Source: Octopus bimaculoides (Eukaryota). Taken from it: a stretch of 64,000 nucleotides of DNA. The stretch spans positions 23,700,851 to 23,764,850 of the forward strand of contig NC_068986.1 in the NCBI RefSeq assembly GCF_001194135.2. Reading direction: 5' to 3'. The notes under the pieces were generated by a model. It saw only the letters and a program-made list of their open reading frames with translations, did no database searches and was not told the origin of the DNA. Within the stretch, counting starts at the first letter, position 1. Each line of letters starts with the position of its first letter. Positions 26,790 to 39,797 of the stretch are shown here, one piece after another. A program made the position numbers and the translations under genes.

Positions 26790-28092
26790 AAAATATTGAC
26801 AATCTTAGTTTCTTCTTAACTACTTCTCTAATTCGATTTCTGTGAACTCATTACACCAGAAAATAAGCGTTAAGTTTCCAGAAACTTGGCCCCTGTATAG
26901 GGAACTTATCTTGGTTGAATGTGGTTTTGTAGCCTATATAACCGACAACTTTGAAATGCTGAAGACCTGCGCTATCTTTGTCTAGTGACCTATGGACAAC
27001 TTTACCAGTTCTCCTTTTTGGTCTGATAGGCTTCGAAGATTTTCGAGTTTTCCACGATGTCTATCGGCTCTGCAGCAATTAGCCAAGCAAGGGCTATTTC
27101 TGGCGGCACCTGTTGAATTATAATTTTGACCAGTCTCTGACCGCAATGGAAAGGAACTAACAACAGTTCCTCGCTTTTGAGTAGATTCAAAGTATCTTCC
27201 TCGGTGCGGAATCGAACATCCATCATTCGATAGGCCCTTCCTCTCTCTATTTACTCCTTTAGATTCTAGACGGGTCCTAAAGCTTTTTGTAGTTGAGCTT
27301 CTGTGGCTCTTTCCACCCTCCTTAATTTCAAACCGATAGTACGGTACGTCACTGTGCGACGTATCGTATTCCTGATTCTCTCAGTGGAAGTATTTAACTT
27401 TGCAGCTATTCCGTCTCTCTCGGCTAGCTGTCTAGCATCTTTAAGTTCCTCTTCAGAGAAGGGTATTCTCTTCAGAGATGACTCAGTTACTCCAGCGAAA
27501 GAAAGTTGAGAAGAACTAATCCACGCCATTGCACTGATTCGTGTCTCAGCGCAGTCATTGTTTTTGTCATTGTTGTTGACGCTTTTGTTGCTGCAGTTGT
27601 TGTTGTTACCTTTGTTATTTTTGTTGTGGCTGTTGGCGGCGATGCTGTTGTTCTTGCTGTTGTTGTTACTTATACTCAACGCGTCCGTTGCTTCGCTGAC
27701 GAAAGGGCTCTCATTGTTTATATTTTCGAAATTGCTGTTTTTATTTCGAACAGTGTTGTCAAAAACGGAGCCTCTGCTTTTCCGACGATTTTCTAAGAAA
27801 TCCCTCTTGTAAAAATTGGCTCAGCCTTTTTCTCCTTTTGTTTTTCGATAAAAATACGGCTATCGACTGTACTTCTTTCCAACCGCAAGTCACTTCCCAC
27901 ACCCGCTTTCTCGCTCTCATTGACGTTTGGTGACGCTCCTCACACTCGTCCCTTTCTCACATTGCGCATCACCGTGTTTTGTTGTTTCCGCCATGTTGGT
28001 GGGGATAACGCAAACAACTATGGTTAAAAACCAAAATCAATTGACCTGTCCTCCAAAAATGGGGGACAAAACAGAAAAATGAACTCACCACT
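26790..28092 (-). mobile_element. Internally deleted L1/Tx1-like LINE: 5' region, Asn-rich ORF1 relic and ORF2 linker remnant
   Basis: ORF1-like frames 27266-27820 and 27002-27226; IQGPSFWKLNAYFL near 26860-26905 resembles the L1/Tx1 GxGxWKLN motif after the endonuclease. Confidence 0.6.
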
Positions 28093-28094
28093 CG

Positions 28095-28660
28095 AAATGC
28101 CTTGATGCAGTAAACAGGCACTGGCTCTCATGGTTTTTGATCTTAACTCATTGGAAGTGTTATCATGTACATTGTTTTGTCTTTGTATAAAAGATGGGCT
28201 ACAGCAAATATTCTGCTCAATACTACAGATTTTCTTGTCAGTTGTTTGACTTTTACCAGTTGAGCATGTCCCTTTCTGTCTGATGATATGTGCATTTCTG
28301 ATCATGAGCAGAAGTAGTGGGGGAGCATCATAGCCATGTGTTGAGAGGAATTCTTTGGGGTTTGGATAATTCACCTTTGGAAACATGGGTGTTTTGCTCA
28401 ACATTCCTTAAACAACCCTTATTCGGGGGCCTTTTGAGTGGGATGGGCTACTCGACCTGAATGAAATTCTAACTGGGCCCCACCTGCAAAGTCATGTGCT
28501 GTTTATCTTGATATGAATTTACCATGTCGCGCACATATGGTTGTGATGCATGTTCGTGGTATACCCTTATCAGACGAGTAGTCATGATGGGTATACTGGG
28601 CTTCATATATTTTATCCCAGTGTCACTTTGATGGCATGCACCGCTTTCTCACTCAATAGT
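28095..28660 (+). mobile_element. ~570-bp non-coding interspersed repeat ending in (AAT)n; second copy at 55685-56075
   Basis: Colinear inverted copy; both abut TAA-type microsatellite at the ctcactcaat end. Confidence 0.85.
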
Positions 28661-30150
28661 AATAATAAATAATAATAATATAGATATAGTGAATTGGTCA
28701 TGTGATAGATTTGATAGCCTGTGGCCACGTATGTAAATCAGTGACAATAGGTATAGTCTGTGCTGTAACAAAAAATCGGGCATAATCTGTAAGGAAAAAT
28801 CGGGAATTTAATGATGGATGCATTAATAATAGCTTTGCATAGGAATAGAAGACGCTATAGTTCTTATGAATTATGGACAATCATTTAGAAAAACTATTCT
28901 TGAACATCAACGAAGATAAATATACGCTGTAAGGATTACACAATAGGGAAATAAAAAATCACAACATATCAACACCCACTGATATAAGCGAGCTAAACGA
29001 TTTTCTGTACACGGGCAGGAATACGTTGTTAAATAAATAAGTATTGTTAGAATAGATAAGAATCCTCATCATGGAATAAATGATTGGATGGGTAAATATA
29101 AGTATACAATTGATACCTTACTTAGCGAAGTAAGTTAGATAACAGTAGATAATCCTTTCAGAAATAAATGAAATACATATAGAATGAATCTGTAAACACC
29201 CGTATCTTTAAAACAACACGAAACGAAAAATAAATAAAAAGCTTAAATTATTGATTAACTACGATATCATTTAGGAAAAACTATTCTTTTAAAACTATGG
29301 CTTTCAAAACTACCTGCAAAAAGTCTCTTGAAAAATATCCAGTGAAAATATAGATGTAAACAATATACTAAAATAAGTTTAAAATGAGAAACCTTTTGGA
29401 AACCAGTTTGTAAAAACGAAATCATTGCAAAATGATATTTGGGCAGAAGATTGTTACGGAAGAGAAAACAACCCACAAATACGTAGAAATTAAAACAAAA
29501 ATATTTTATCAACTTCGGAAACTGGAAAATGTATGTCACTGAAAACATGCAAAAGTGTTCGTGATTGTATTCCGTTTATGCTAAATGTTTGAGCAGAAAT
29601 AGAATTGCAGATGTGTTTGTGAGAATTGAGCGCAGGCAATCTATAAATGAATATGTCGACAGAATATAATAATTACAAAAGACTCATCTGAATTGCAAAA
29701 ATATTATATGTTCCATTAACATATCAGTACAAACTCCACTATGTATCTGTGTGGTACTAGAATGAATCTTAAAAATGTAGACCTATGCAAACAATCTACA
29801 ATAAACATAGCATATTAGAGGAGAATCGAATGAAAAAATGAGCTTAAAGAGGTAATTATTTTTGGTGGTTCCGACACTGCCGCTTCACAAGAAGGTCTCC
29901 TCTTTCCTTCCACGTATTAGGGTCTTGAAAAGCTAGTGTATTATTTATGTCGAGCAACAACATTCTAAACTAAAACAACAGAAGGTAAGCATATCAAGGT
30001 GCATTAGACATTAATAGAGAACAGATGTTCACCATAATTGTCGTTCGAAATATGCCTTTGAATCATAAAGCATATCATTGCGTGACTAAATCTGTTGTGG
30101 GAAGTATATACCAAATATAAATATGAATATTTACTCTGATTTGGATTCAG

Positions 30151-30232
30151 AAATCCAGTGCGGATGGGTTAACAGAAACTGCAGCATGCAAGAGGCAAGA
30201 AGAGGCTATCATTATTGTGGAATAAAACCACT
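30151..30232 (+). CDS. Candidate Cys-containing exon (IQCGWVNRNCSMQEARRGYHYCGIKP)
   Basis: Acceptor tctgatttggattcag, donor ACT|GTGAGT, only one open frame. No recognised homology. Confidence 0.2.
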
Positions 30233-31073
30233 GTGAGTTGGTAGAATTGATAGAGAGTCGGAAAGAAAAGGCTTTACAGTATTTCCAAGTTCAAATTCCG
30301 GCGAGGTCGACTTTGCTTTTCATCATTTCAGGGTTGAAAAATACATACCAATCAAGTATTGGGATTGATGGAATCGAGGTGCTTCCTCCTCTCAAAACTG
30401 ATGGTCTTGTGCCACAATTAGATGTGATCGTTAGTGTGGAATAAATATCCACAATTCTTATAGCAAAAATGAAAACTGCTCAACCAGTGTCGTTCGACTT
30501 CTGAAATGTCATATCACATTATATCAAGAATTTGATATCCTAATAGGCCGCAACAATTTATGCTTCAGTAGACATAACCTGATGGTGCGTGGCTCCTCTC
30601 CAGTTATGAATAACTATTCATTTCTGTGGGAGTTCTGCGTTATTTTCAGGTATTATATTTAATTTTGATAATTAAACAGAAACTTCGTTTAGTCAAAAAC
30701 ACGAAGTGAAGGAGCCGGTTTAATTACCAACAATCCGACTATGAAACGTAACATATTAGCATACATCGTCAAGTATCATATGAAAGTTGACTTACGGCAA
30801 CTTCAGTGATATATACTTGGAGACAAAATAACATAACGAAACTAATCGATATACATTTAATCGACGTATTATTTCTTTGAAAAAATCTCAGTGTGGTTAA
30901 AATGCTCATTTTGTAACCACGTTATTTCGGCTTCATTCTCAATTCGCGGCACCGAGGGCATGTGTCTCCTACTATAGACTCGGTTTTGCTCATGCCTGAC
31001 CAGCTTATTTAGTTAAGAGACACTGTTTGGAAGTTCGTTTATTTGATATATATATATATATATACATACACAC

Positions 31074-31123
<50 letters not shown>

Positions 31124-31174
31124 AGTGAGGTGAGAGAATATACAGAGCTGTTTCACAATCTCTTTAGTTATATG

Positions 31175-31384
31175 CAGGGTGTTCGGGCAAAATTTGACAA
31201 CTTTTGTGTCCCCTTTTTTTAGGAACAACTTCATACATTGGTGAGCCTAAAGTAAAATCTTACTTCCCACTCATAATATATTTGATACTTTTGATTTTTG
31301 TAAAAAAATACATTTATTTTGGGATGGAATATTGACTTTTCTTTTCCTTTTATGCAAATTGTCAAATTTAACTTGAACACACTG
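31175..31384. mobile_element. Old Tc1/mariner-type MITE
   Basis: Imperfect TIRs CAGGGTGTTCGGGCAAAATTTGACAA vs CAGTGTGTTCAAGTTAAATTTGACAA (reverse complement). Confidence 0.55.
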
Positions 31385-32411
31385 TGATTGATACGCATCA
31401 ACATTCGCACATTTATACAATACATACAGATATATGTGAATGGAAATCTGTATACATACTTGTGCTCAGAAATCAAGAGATTAATCTTCAGAACGATTCA
31501 AAGTACTTTAAAAAGTGTAGGTGAGCCCCCTACCCACCGAAGCAATAAATACCGGACTTGAAATATGTACTGAGCTCGATTTGTACAACTAAACACGCCA
31601 AGTGTGAGTTCGAACAGTGATGCAATCCAATGACCTAAACAAGTAACAGAAAAGATAAATGAAAAGACAGTACGCATATAAGACTCTGCCTGTCTTAATA
31701 GAGTCCATGTGAATATCTATGAAACAATAGCTCTCTTCCAACATGGTTGAGCTACAACCAGGATGCTAAATTACAACAACCATAGCAGTTTGCGGTACAA
31801 ATTTTTAGTGGAACTGGAACTTTGGATTCCGAATGTGGTTTTGTAAGTTAGCTTAAAATCATTCTAATAAAGTTTTAAAGTTTTTTAGATGAGCATCCAA
31901 AAGTACCCGTTACGTCTAGTTAATTCTATAACATGTTAAATCAGATCTAATCCTCATTTTCAATTGAAATAAGCGCTCAGAATGGTGAGATCAATAGAGC
32001 GCCGTTAAAAGATTACTTTGATATAATTGGTTGCTGATTTGAATTTGTGAATTCCAGTTCCCATGTGGTGGCCATTTCCTTTCATCTCTTCCGCGGTAGT
32101 ATTTCCTGAACACTGGTGGCTTTGTATGTATTAGAAATCATTATATTTTAATTGTAAAAACTTCGTAGCTGCAAATGAACGCACAATTTTTGTTTCAAAT
32201 TATAAATAGGCTGATTTCACATTTAAGCTGTTGATAACATTGCGGGAAACAAACACAAAGTATTAATGAAACAAAAAAAAACTTGCTGTCAAGTTCAAAT
32301 TTCTAATTCAAGTAATGCTGATGAACAACATGCATTACTAATATCATGAGGATCTTGTGTAACAGAAGTGATTGGAACCAACCATTAATGTAAATTCAAG
32401 TTTGTACCTTA

Positions 32412-32420
32412 GGGAGAGAG

Positions 32421-32513
<93 letters not shown>

Positions 32514-32581
32514 GAGAACGTGTGAGAGAGAGAGGAAGAACATGTGAGAAAGAGAGAAAGAAAGAAAGAGACAAAAATTGA

Positions 32582-32624
<43 letters not shown>

Positions 32625-32625
32625 A
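32412..32625. repeat. (GA)n then (GT)n microsatellites
   Basis: Visible arrays. Confidence 0.95.
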
Positions 32626-33547
32626 GCAGGAGAGGATTAATGTGCGCAAGGACATTGGCAAAATATTTTAGTTGAAGCAAGAAAATGTTCAATAAATTAT
32701 CACAGAAGAAATGAGATACAAGTTGAACTAATATGAAAATATCATAAATTAATAAAGGGACGACCAAATAACGCTATGGTCAAAGACATTCCAACCATGA
32801 CCATCCATTCTTTGCTGAAATGCAGAATATTAAACCTACATTATCCAATGTGCTTGTATCTTTTACAACGGTTCAGTATTATGTGAAAGAGATTTAATTG
32901 ATATTCTGTCATATGAAGGGTACACTGAAAAGTTTTCTGGAAGACAGTAAAAAACAAAATTCTTTTAAGATAATAATCGTCGTATTTTAATCATATTTAA
33001 AATTTTCTTGATTCTGACATAATCCCAGATATCTACTGAACATATAAATCTCTCTCGGATTATTTATGAAAAATTTTATCTTTGATTATCTAAACATAAT
33101 CTGAATATTTTCATTCTTCATTCTAGAATAAGGAAGAAATGTTTCTATGTAAGTATATTCGAAAGAAACATTATTCCAGTGGAAAATATCCACCTGCGAC
33201 AATTTATAAAATGATTGATGTTTGTCTTGCAATTCACTCAAAGACCGTCAGAGCATGAATTCCAGCTATTGATGTGTTGTGGATTAATCTTTTTACATCA
33301 GTTGTATAAAAAACGTTTTACATATCACTTGACTTATTATATTCTCCTTACAATACGAATTGTCATACTATACCAGCGCTGTTGTTGCGATTCTCGCCAG
33401 AAAGTTTCTATGTTTCAGTATTTCGAAATCATCTTTTAGTTTTTTTGTTGTTTTTTTTTTGTAGTCTTAGAAATGACAATCCTAGGTTCTCGTATGCATT
33501 CATGTTTGGATGATTTGAGAAATATTGGGAAGATTTGAAATAGACAC

Positions 33548-33568
33548 AATAATAATAATAATTATTAT

Positions 33569-33629
<61 letters not shown>

Positions 33630-33650
33630 GTAATAATAATAATAATAACA
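33548..33650. repeat. (AAT)n microsatellite
   Basis: Visible array. Confidence 0.95.
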
Positions 33651-35813
33651 ATGTGCAGTTACGTACCATAAAACTCATACATATGCTGCTATGTATGTGA
33701 TCAGTCATGAATCACTTTATACATATCTAAGCGTGTGGAAATAGAGAATCGAGATAAATACGCTTCCATAAACAACTACATTTTAACAAAAGAATCATAC
33801 AAGAAAGCAAATCTTTGTCCAAGCACATGTTCAATAAAATGCTTCAGCGCACATGTATATGAAATATGTTATATAATATATTAGTGTGCATAAACATTTA
33901 CTTAGCGACTGATACCTTCCCCTCTCGCACACTAGAGACACCTAGCCGATTATATATGACATCCAAGATCTATTTTGTTTTCCTTCTTCTACACACACGC
34001 GAGACACACAAAAACACGAATAAACAATAATGTGTGTGTTTGTGTGTGTTATCATGATGTTTTCAAATATTTTATCTCAGCAGATAGTAATAGAGATCCA
34101 TGGTGTTTGCAGAAACAGTACACCCGTTTAATATTATTAGATTACATGGAAAAATGCGAACAAGAGAAATAATATTCTTAAGATTATAAACCTGGAAAAT
34201 TACAGGACAAGTTATTACACTTGGAAAAGTTCGGTCTAACTTATTACATCTGGTAAAGTACAGAACAAGAAAAAAATTTACTTAAAATATTGCAACTAAG
34301 CATAAAATTACAAATAAAATATTTAGATTTAGAAATTATTGGCTTTTATTAAAACTAAAAATGTTATTTCAAGTTATTACTTCTATTTTTTATTACTTGT
34401 TACTTCTATTAAAAGTAAAAAAATAAGTCAAAATATTTTTTGCACTTTAAAAAAATTCATTTAAAAAAATTATTCATTAGAAATTTGAAAATAGGTTATA
34501 AAAAATATTAGTAGTACATAATTAGTTAGTACAATAAATAGAATGATACAAAAAATAGTTATATATTACTGTAAAATTAACCTGCAACAACAAATTCATA
34601 GTAAAATTTGCTTGAGTTATTGCCAAGTCTTCACATTTTTTGTCTTGACCCAATGCCTATTTTTTACATAATGAATTTGCCTACCATATATACTATTCTA
34701 ATTTGCATAAAACTTTAGCTAAGTCGGTACTTCTGGCTCTCATTTTTTAAACAAAATGGTCTTACCTTTTTTAATTATAATGCTACATTCTAAATTAAAA
34801 TCAAATAACTTTTAATATTCAAATTTTATCCTTAGCTGCAATATTTTAAGTAAATTGACAACCCACTAGTTTATTTATATTATAATATTACTTTATATAC
34901 TATGAATATGATATAAGATATGATAACATAAATAATTATTAAAAAGCAAAGAAGCCAACAATTCCCTCATCAGAGCCAATGGTTTGAAGATAGACGTAAT
35001 TCCGTGAGAAAGGACGGCTGGATTACAGAACAATTAATTCAAATGCCTATTGATAAGCGATCACAATAACTTTGGTTAATAACATTTCGTTTTATTTATC
35101 TTCTAATGCGGAAATCTTTAATAATAATGCCAAATATTTTAATGATCCCTTAAAAAGGTAGGATACTGTAACAGAATAGTAGATCGTAATAAGAATGGGA
35201 ACTCCAATAAATCTTATCATAATAATAGAAAATTGGTTGACAGCAAAGTGAGCGTATCTAATAGTCGTAATGTATCCAATTTATTTGTCAGTAGTAATAT
35301 GATTAACAAAAGTAATAATATCTCCTGTATAAAAATAGATATATTAATAAACGTCAGTCTAATGATAATGCGTATACGCCATATTCCAAAGCAGATACAC
35401 CTTATGATATTAATTATAATAAAAATAATTATATTTGATTTGTCATTCCTTACGCACAGCAAATGAAAACGAATTTGGTGAAGCTTTTTTTACGGATCTA
35501 TAGCTAAGCAATATATAATTCGCTTTGTGGGAGCAACTGTTTTATCGAAAGCATATATTGTTGTTAAGTGTTCGAAATACTAGAGTAGAAAAACAGCGAA
35601 CAACTGATGAAGGATCGTTCTTTATGTTGTTTGTCTTGTTTTCCATTTGTGTCTTTCGTTGTCCGAAAAAATAGTTTATATTCCATATACTCGAACTTCG
35701 TATTTTTTGTTGTACACGTTTCATAAAGTCCTGTGACCACATATGCATTTTTCTATATACGCATCCATGTATATACATATGCTTATGTATATATGCATAT
35801 ATATTATTTATAT

Positions 35814-35879
<66 letters not shown>

Positions 35880-36040
35880 TATATATGTGTGTGTGTGTAA
35901 ATCTTTAGTTAAATATATTCAATGAGAATATTATATACTGAATTTGTATTGAGTGCTCTATTGTATCAAAGTATTAATACTATTAAGGTATTTATGTATT
36001 TAATACGAGCGATTATATATATTTTGTAATATATTATTAT

Positions 36041-36392
36041 TGAAATCAGGAAATGAATATTAGAAAAACCTTCAGAAAGATATATACGAGTGTAAAATAA
36101 TTGTCGTATCAAAAATATAAATATATATAAATATGTAAATATGTATAAGTATAAATATATAATAATGAATATGACAGTTTAAAAGTTTTGAATTAAGTTT
36201 TTAAAGCATCTTTAAAAGTTTTGAATTAGGTTTTTAAAGGTGTTGTAAAAACTTAATTCAAAACTTTTAAACTGTCATATTTATTATTATATATTTATAT
36301 TTATACATATTTACATATATTTATATTTTTAATACAACAATTATTTTACACACGTATATATCTTTCTGAAGAACTTTATAATATTGATTTCA
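36041..36392. repeat. Long AT-rich inverted repeat (foldback) with ~150-160-bp arms and ~42-bp spacer
   Basis: Left arm 36041-36203 matches the reverse complement of 36246-36392 with few mismatches and small indels. Confidence 0.92.
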
Positions 36393-36440
36393 TGATATTA
36401 ATAATAATAATATCTATCTATCTATATATATTTATATATT

Positions 36441-36493
<53 letters not shown>

Positions 36494-37266
36494 NNNNNNN
36501 NNNNNNNNNNNNNNNNNNNNNNNNNNNNNNNNNNNNNNNNNNNNNNNNNNNNNNNNNNNNNNNNNNNNNNNNNNNNNNNNNNNNNNNNNNNNNNNNNNNN
36601 NNNNNNNNNNNNNNNNNNNNNNNNNNNNNNNNNNNNNNNNNNNNNNNNNNNNNNNNNNNNNNNNNNNNNNNNNNNNNNNNNNNNNNNNNNNNNNNNNNNN
36701 NNNNNNNNNNNNNNNNNNNNNNNNNNNNNNNNNNNNNNNNNNNNNNNNNNNNNNNNNNNNNNNNNNNNNNNNNNNNNNNNNNNNNNNNNNNNNNNNNNNN
36801 NNNNNNNNNNNNNNNNNNNNNNNNNNNNNNNNNNNNNNNNNNNNNNNNNNNNNNNNNNNNNNNNNNNNNNNNNNNNNNNNNNNNNNNNNNNNNNNNNNNN
36901 NNNNNNNNNNNNNNNNNNNNNNNNNNNNNNNNNNNNNNNNNNNNNNNNNNNNNNNNNNNNNNNNNNNNNNNNNNNNNNNNNNNNNNNNNNNNNNNNNNNN
37001 NNNNNNNNNNNNNNNNNNNNNNNNNNNNNNNNNNNNNNNNNNNNNNNNNNNNNNNNNNNNNNNNNNNNNNNNNNNNNNNNNNNNNNNNNNNNNNNNNNNN
37101 NNNNNNNNNNNNNNNNNNNNNNNNNNNNNNNNNNNNNNNNNNNNNNNNNNNNNNNNNNNNNNNNNNNNNNNNNNNNNNNNNNNNNNNNNNNNNNNNNNNN
37201 NNNNNNNNNNNNNNNNNNNNNNNNNNNNNNNNNNNNNNNNNNNNNNNNNNNNNNNNNNNNNNNNNN

Positions 37267-37317
<51 letters not shown>

Positions 37318-37381
37318 AATTATGTATAAAATAGTCTAATAAAGGGGCATAAAAGCCCTCGACCGAAAAAGAAGACTTTCC

Positions 37382-37453
37382 TATCCGCGTGGGCGTCGAA
37401 CCCACGTCCCTTTGCTAACGCAACTAAGTGTGTTATCTATACACCAGCGAATC
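37382..37453 (-). pseudogene. tRNA-like sequence (tRNA pseudogene or orphan SINE head) with non-canonical anticodon arm
   Basis: Acceptor ATTCGC/GCGGAT, D-stem GTGT/ACAC, T-arm GTGGG-TTCGACG-CCCAC; anticodon stem does not pair canonically; T-run just downstream. Confidence 0.5.
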
Positions 37454-39215
37454 AGCTTCTCTTTTCCTGTCAATTTTAAGAACTATAATAGTTCCTATTT
37501 GTTTTTTTTTTATATGTAAACAAACTTTCTATATTACTTGTCTTTTATACCCCTTTATTAGACTATTTCCATGAGTCATTGCACGTTGATCACCATAAGC
37601 TTTAAGCTTATATAAAAATATCATTAACATTATTTGCAGGACTGTAAACGACGCCGTATTCATTTATCTGCGTGTTCCTGTATGAGGGTGTTATCAGATA
37701 TCGAAACCTAGCACTTCCTGCAGTTTTGCTATTTCTCCTTACAATTATTTCTATGCAATATTAGATCGGTGTCTTGCTATTTGTACGCCGTGTGTATTCG
37801 TAGCGTTGAAAATACCCAATCACAAATTCGTAATGACAACATAGCAAAAGGAATACCAGCATTTATCTTTATTTCATAAATTGGTATTGTGCCCAAATGA
37901 TAAACTACTACTAAGAGAAAAAAATCGTAGAAACGAAATAGCACATTATCCCCACGCAAGTCAAATTCTTTAACTCGGTATGGATTATGGTAATGACATA
38001 AAAAACTATACACTGAAAATCGTAATATTTTTATTGTGATTATTGCACCATGAAATGGAATACAGCCCTCACTTAAAACGCTGAATACGAAATACACATA
38101 TCTCATTTAAAACAGAATCAATATTTTTTTTCGAGATTAATGCATTTTAGAAATATATTACTTTTCTAAATCGAAACCGTACATAATAAATAAATTATTA
38201 AATACCTGAATGACATTAAACAACGTGCCTCTGGCTGTGCTTCAAATGGAAAATAGCTTTAACGACTCTCTGACGGCATTTAAAAAACAAAATATGAAAT
38301 TTAATAGTTTCATACTGTATTATTATAAATTCCACCATAAAATTCACTTTATTATTCACAAATTCCTTTAACATTATATAACTAGTTCTATTATTTTATA
38401 TGAATGTAATCAGTGGAATTTGCAGTTTTGCTTTCCCTTTGGTCTCTGCTTTACAGTTTACCTTTCTCGAGAAACTGAAGCATCATGCACACGACATAAC
38501 CCGAGACTTTTCAACATGTGTGTGTTAAAATTGCTGAAAAATATATTTTTTCAGCTTACGCATACTGTATTTTCATAACCCTTCTTTAATAAAGTAAACG
38601 TTAGATATCCATTGGCAGCGTTACTCGAGGCAATTAGAACCTAGTTTGAAATGTAGTACAAAGTTGACTTGCTGCTGAATTCCATATTGCTATTTGAATT
38701 GAGAAATGTACGCAATAGAAAAAAGGATTTAATGCTATTTCACTCTCATGACTTGATTAACGAACCCGTATTACTTTATAGTACTTATTTACGGTGCAAT
38801 TGTGATTTAGGCGGAGTGATGTTAAATGCATTATGCACTTGATCATTCCTGCCAACTCACCATGTTTGAATTTCTGACACATCTTTTGACCTAGGGTGAG
38901 AAAATAGGAAGTAGTGATTCTCATGATTTCTGAAAAGGTATATTAACCCTATACATTTAGTGAAACAAACAGTCATCAACAAATGATCGGTACTATACTG
39001 GTTCATAAAGGGCAGTTGTATGTATGATAATTGGAGTTCTATTCCATCTCTCCGTTTAATATTTGAATCTATTTGTTGATTTTCTTTAACTGGGCCCAGT
39101 CCATTAAACGGTTTTGGACCAAAGCTCCGGTCCGAAGATAACGCAACAAATTAATTCAATTTTCCATAGTGTAGCAACGAAACACTTGTGATTTCCTCGT
39201 CTTCTTTTCACCCAG

Positions 39216-39287
39216 AAATCGTGGAAACATTCAGAGATATGAATGCTGCTCTTTTGTATGGAACTAAGACAGAAAATATTTTGAGAC
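39216..39287 (+). CDS. Candidate exon (IVETFRDMNAALLYGTKTENILR, or shorter NRGNIQRYECCSF frame)
   Basis: Strong acceptor tttcctcgtcttcttttcacccag; donors weak (GTACGG at 39288 or GTATGG at 39256). Confidence 0.2.
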
Positions 39288-39582
39288 GTACGGAGATAAT
39301 CGTAAAATGAAACGCTGAACTATATCCTTTCAAGATATATATGTATTAATGCATATATGGCTTCATATTCTCATTTGACACTTCTTTATCCTAAGCCTCG
39401 AAATCTACCTTTTATTTTACGGTAAGAGACAAAGTATATTTCAATAGTGAACGCTTGTGTTTATATGCTAAAACTTACACCAGCACACAAAAACACAAAA
39501 TTGAGTTTATTTAATAGAAGCCCTTATAATATTCCATCGCGTCATCAGGATATAACCACACAATTAATTAACGGTTCCGATA

Positions 39583-39797
39583 AGGCAGCGAGCTGGTAGA
39601 AACGTTAGCACGCCAGACGAAATGCACAGCGGTATTTCGTCTGTGTTTATGTTCTGAGTTCAAATTCCACCGAGGTCGACTTTGCCTTTCATCTTTTCGG
39701 TGTCGAATTATTAAGTACCAGTTGCGTACTGGGGTAGATCTAACCAACTGGCTCCCTCCTCCAAAATTTCGGGCCTTGTGCGTAGAGCAGAAAAGAA
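39583..39797 (+). mobile_element. SINE group A
   Basis: Colinear with 47755-47968. Confidence 0.9.

Noticed and set aside
31765-31842. LELWIPNVVL ending at a GTAAGT donor, resembling the Cys-loop receptor WxPD motif
   Set aside because: Lacks the Asp, has no good acceptor in frame, and no other receptor exons are in the window.
34190-37460. Mitochondrial insertion (NUMT) suggested by AT richness and a tRNA-like fold
   Set aside because: No recognisable mitochondrial gene or rRNA motif; the tRNA-like sequence has a nuclear-type B-box.
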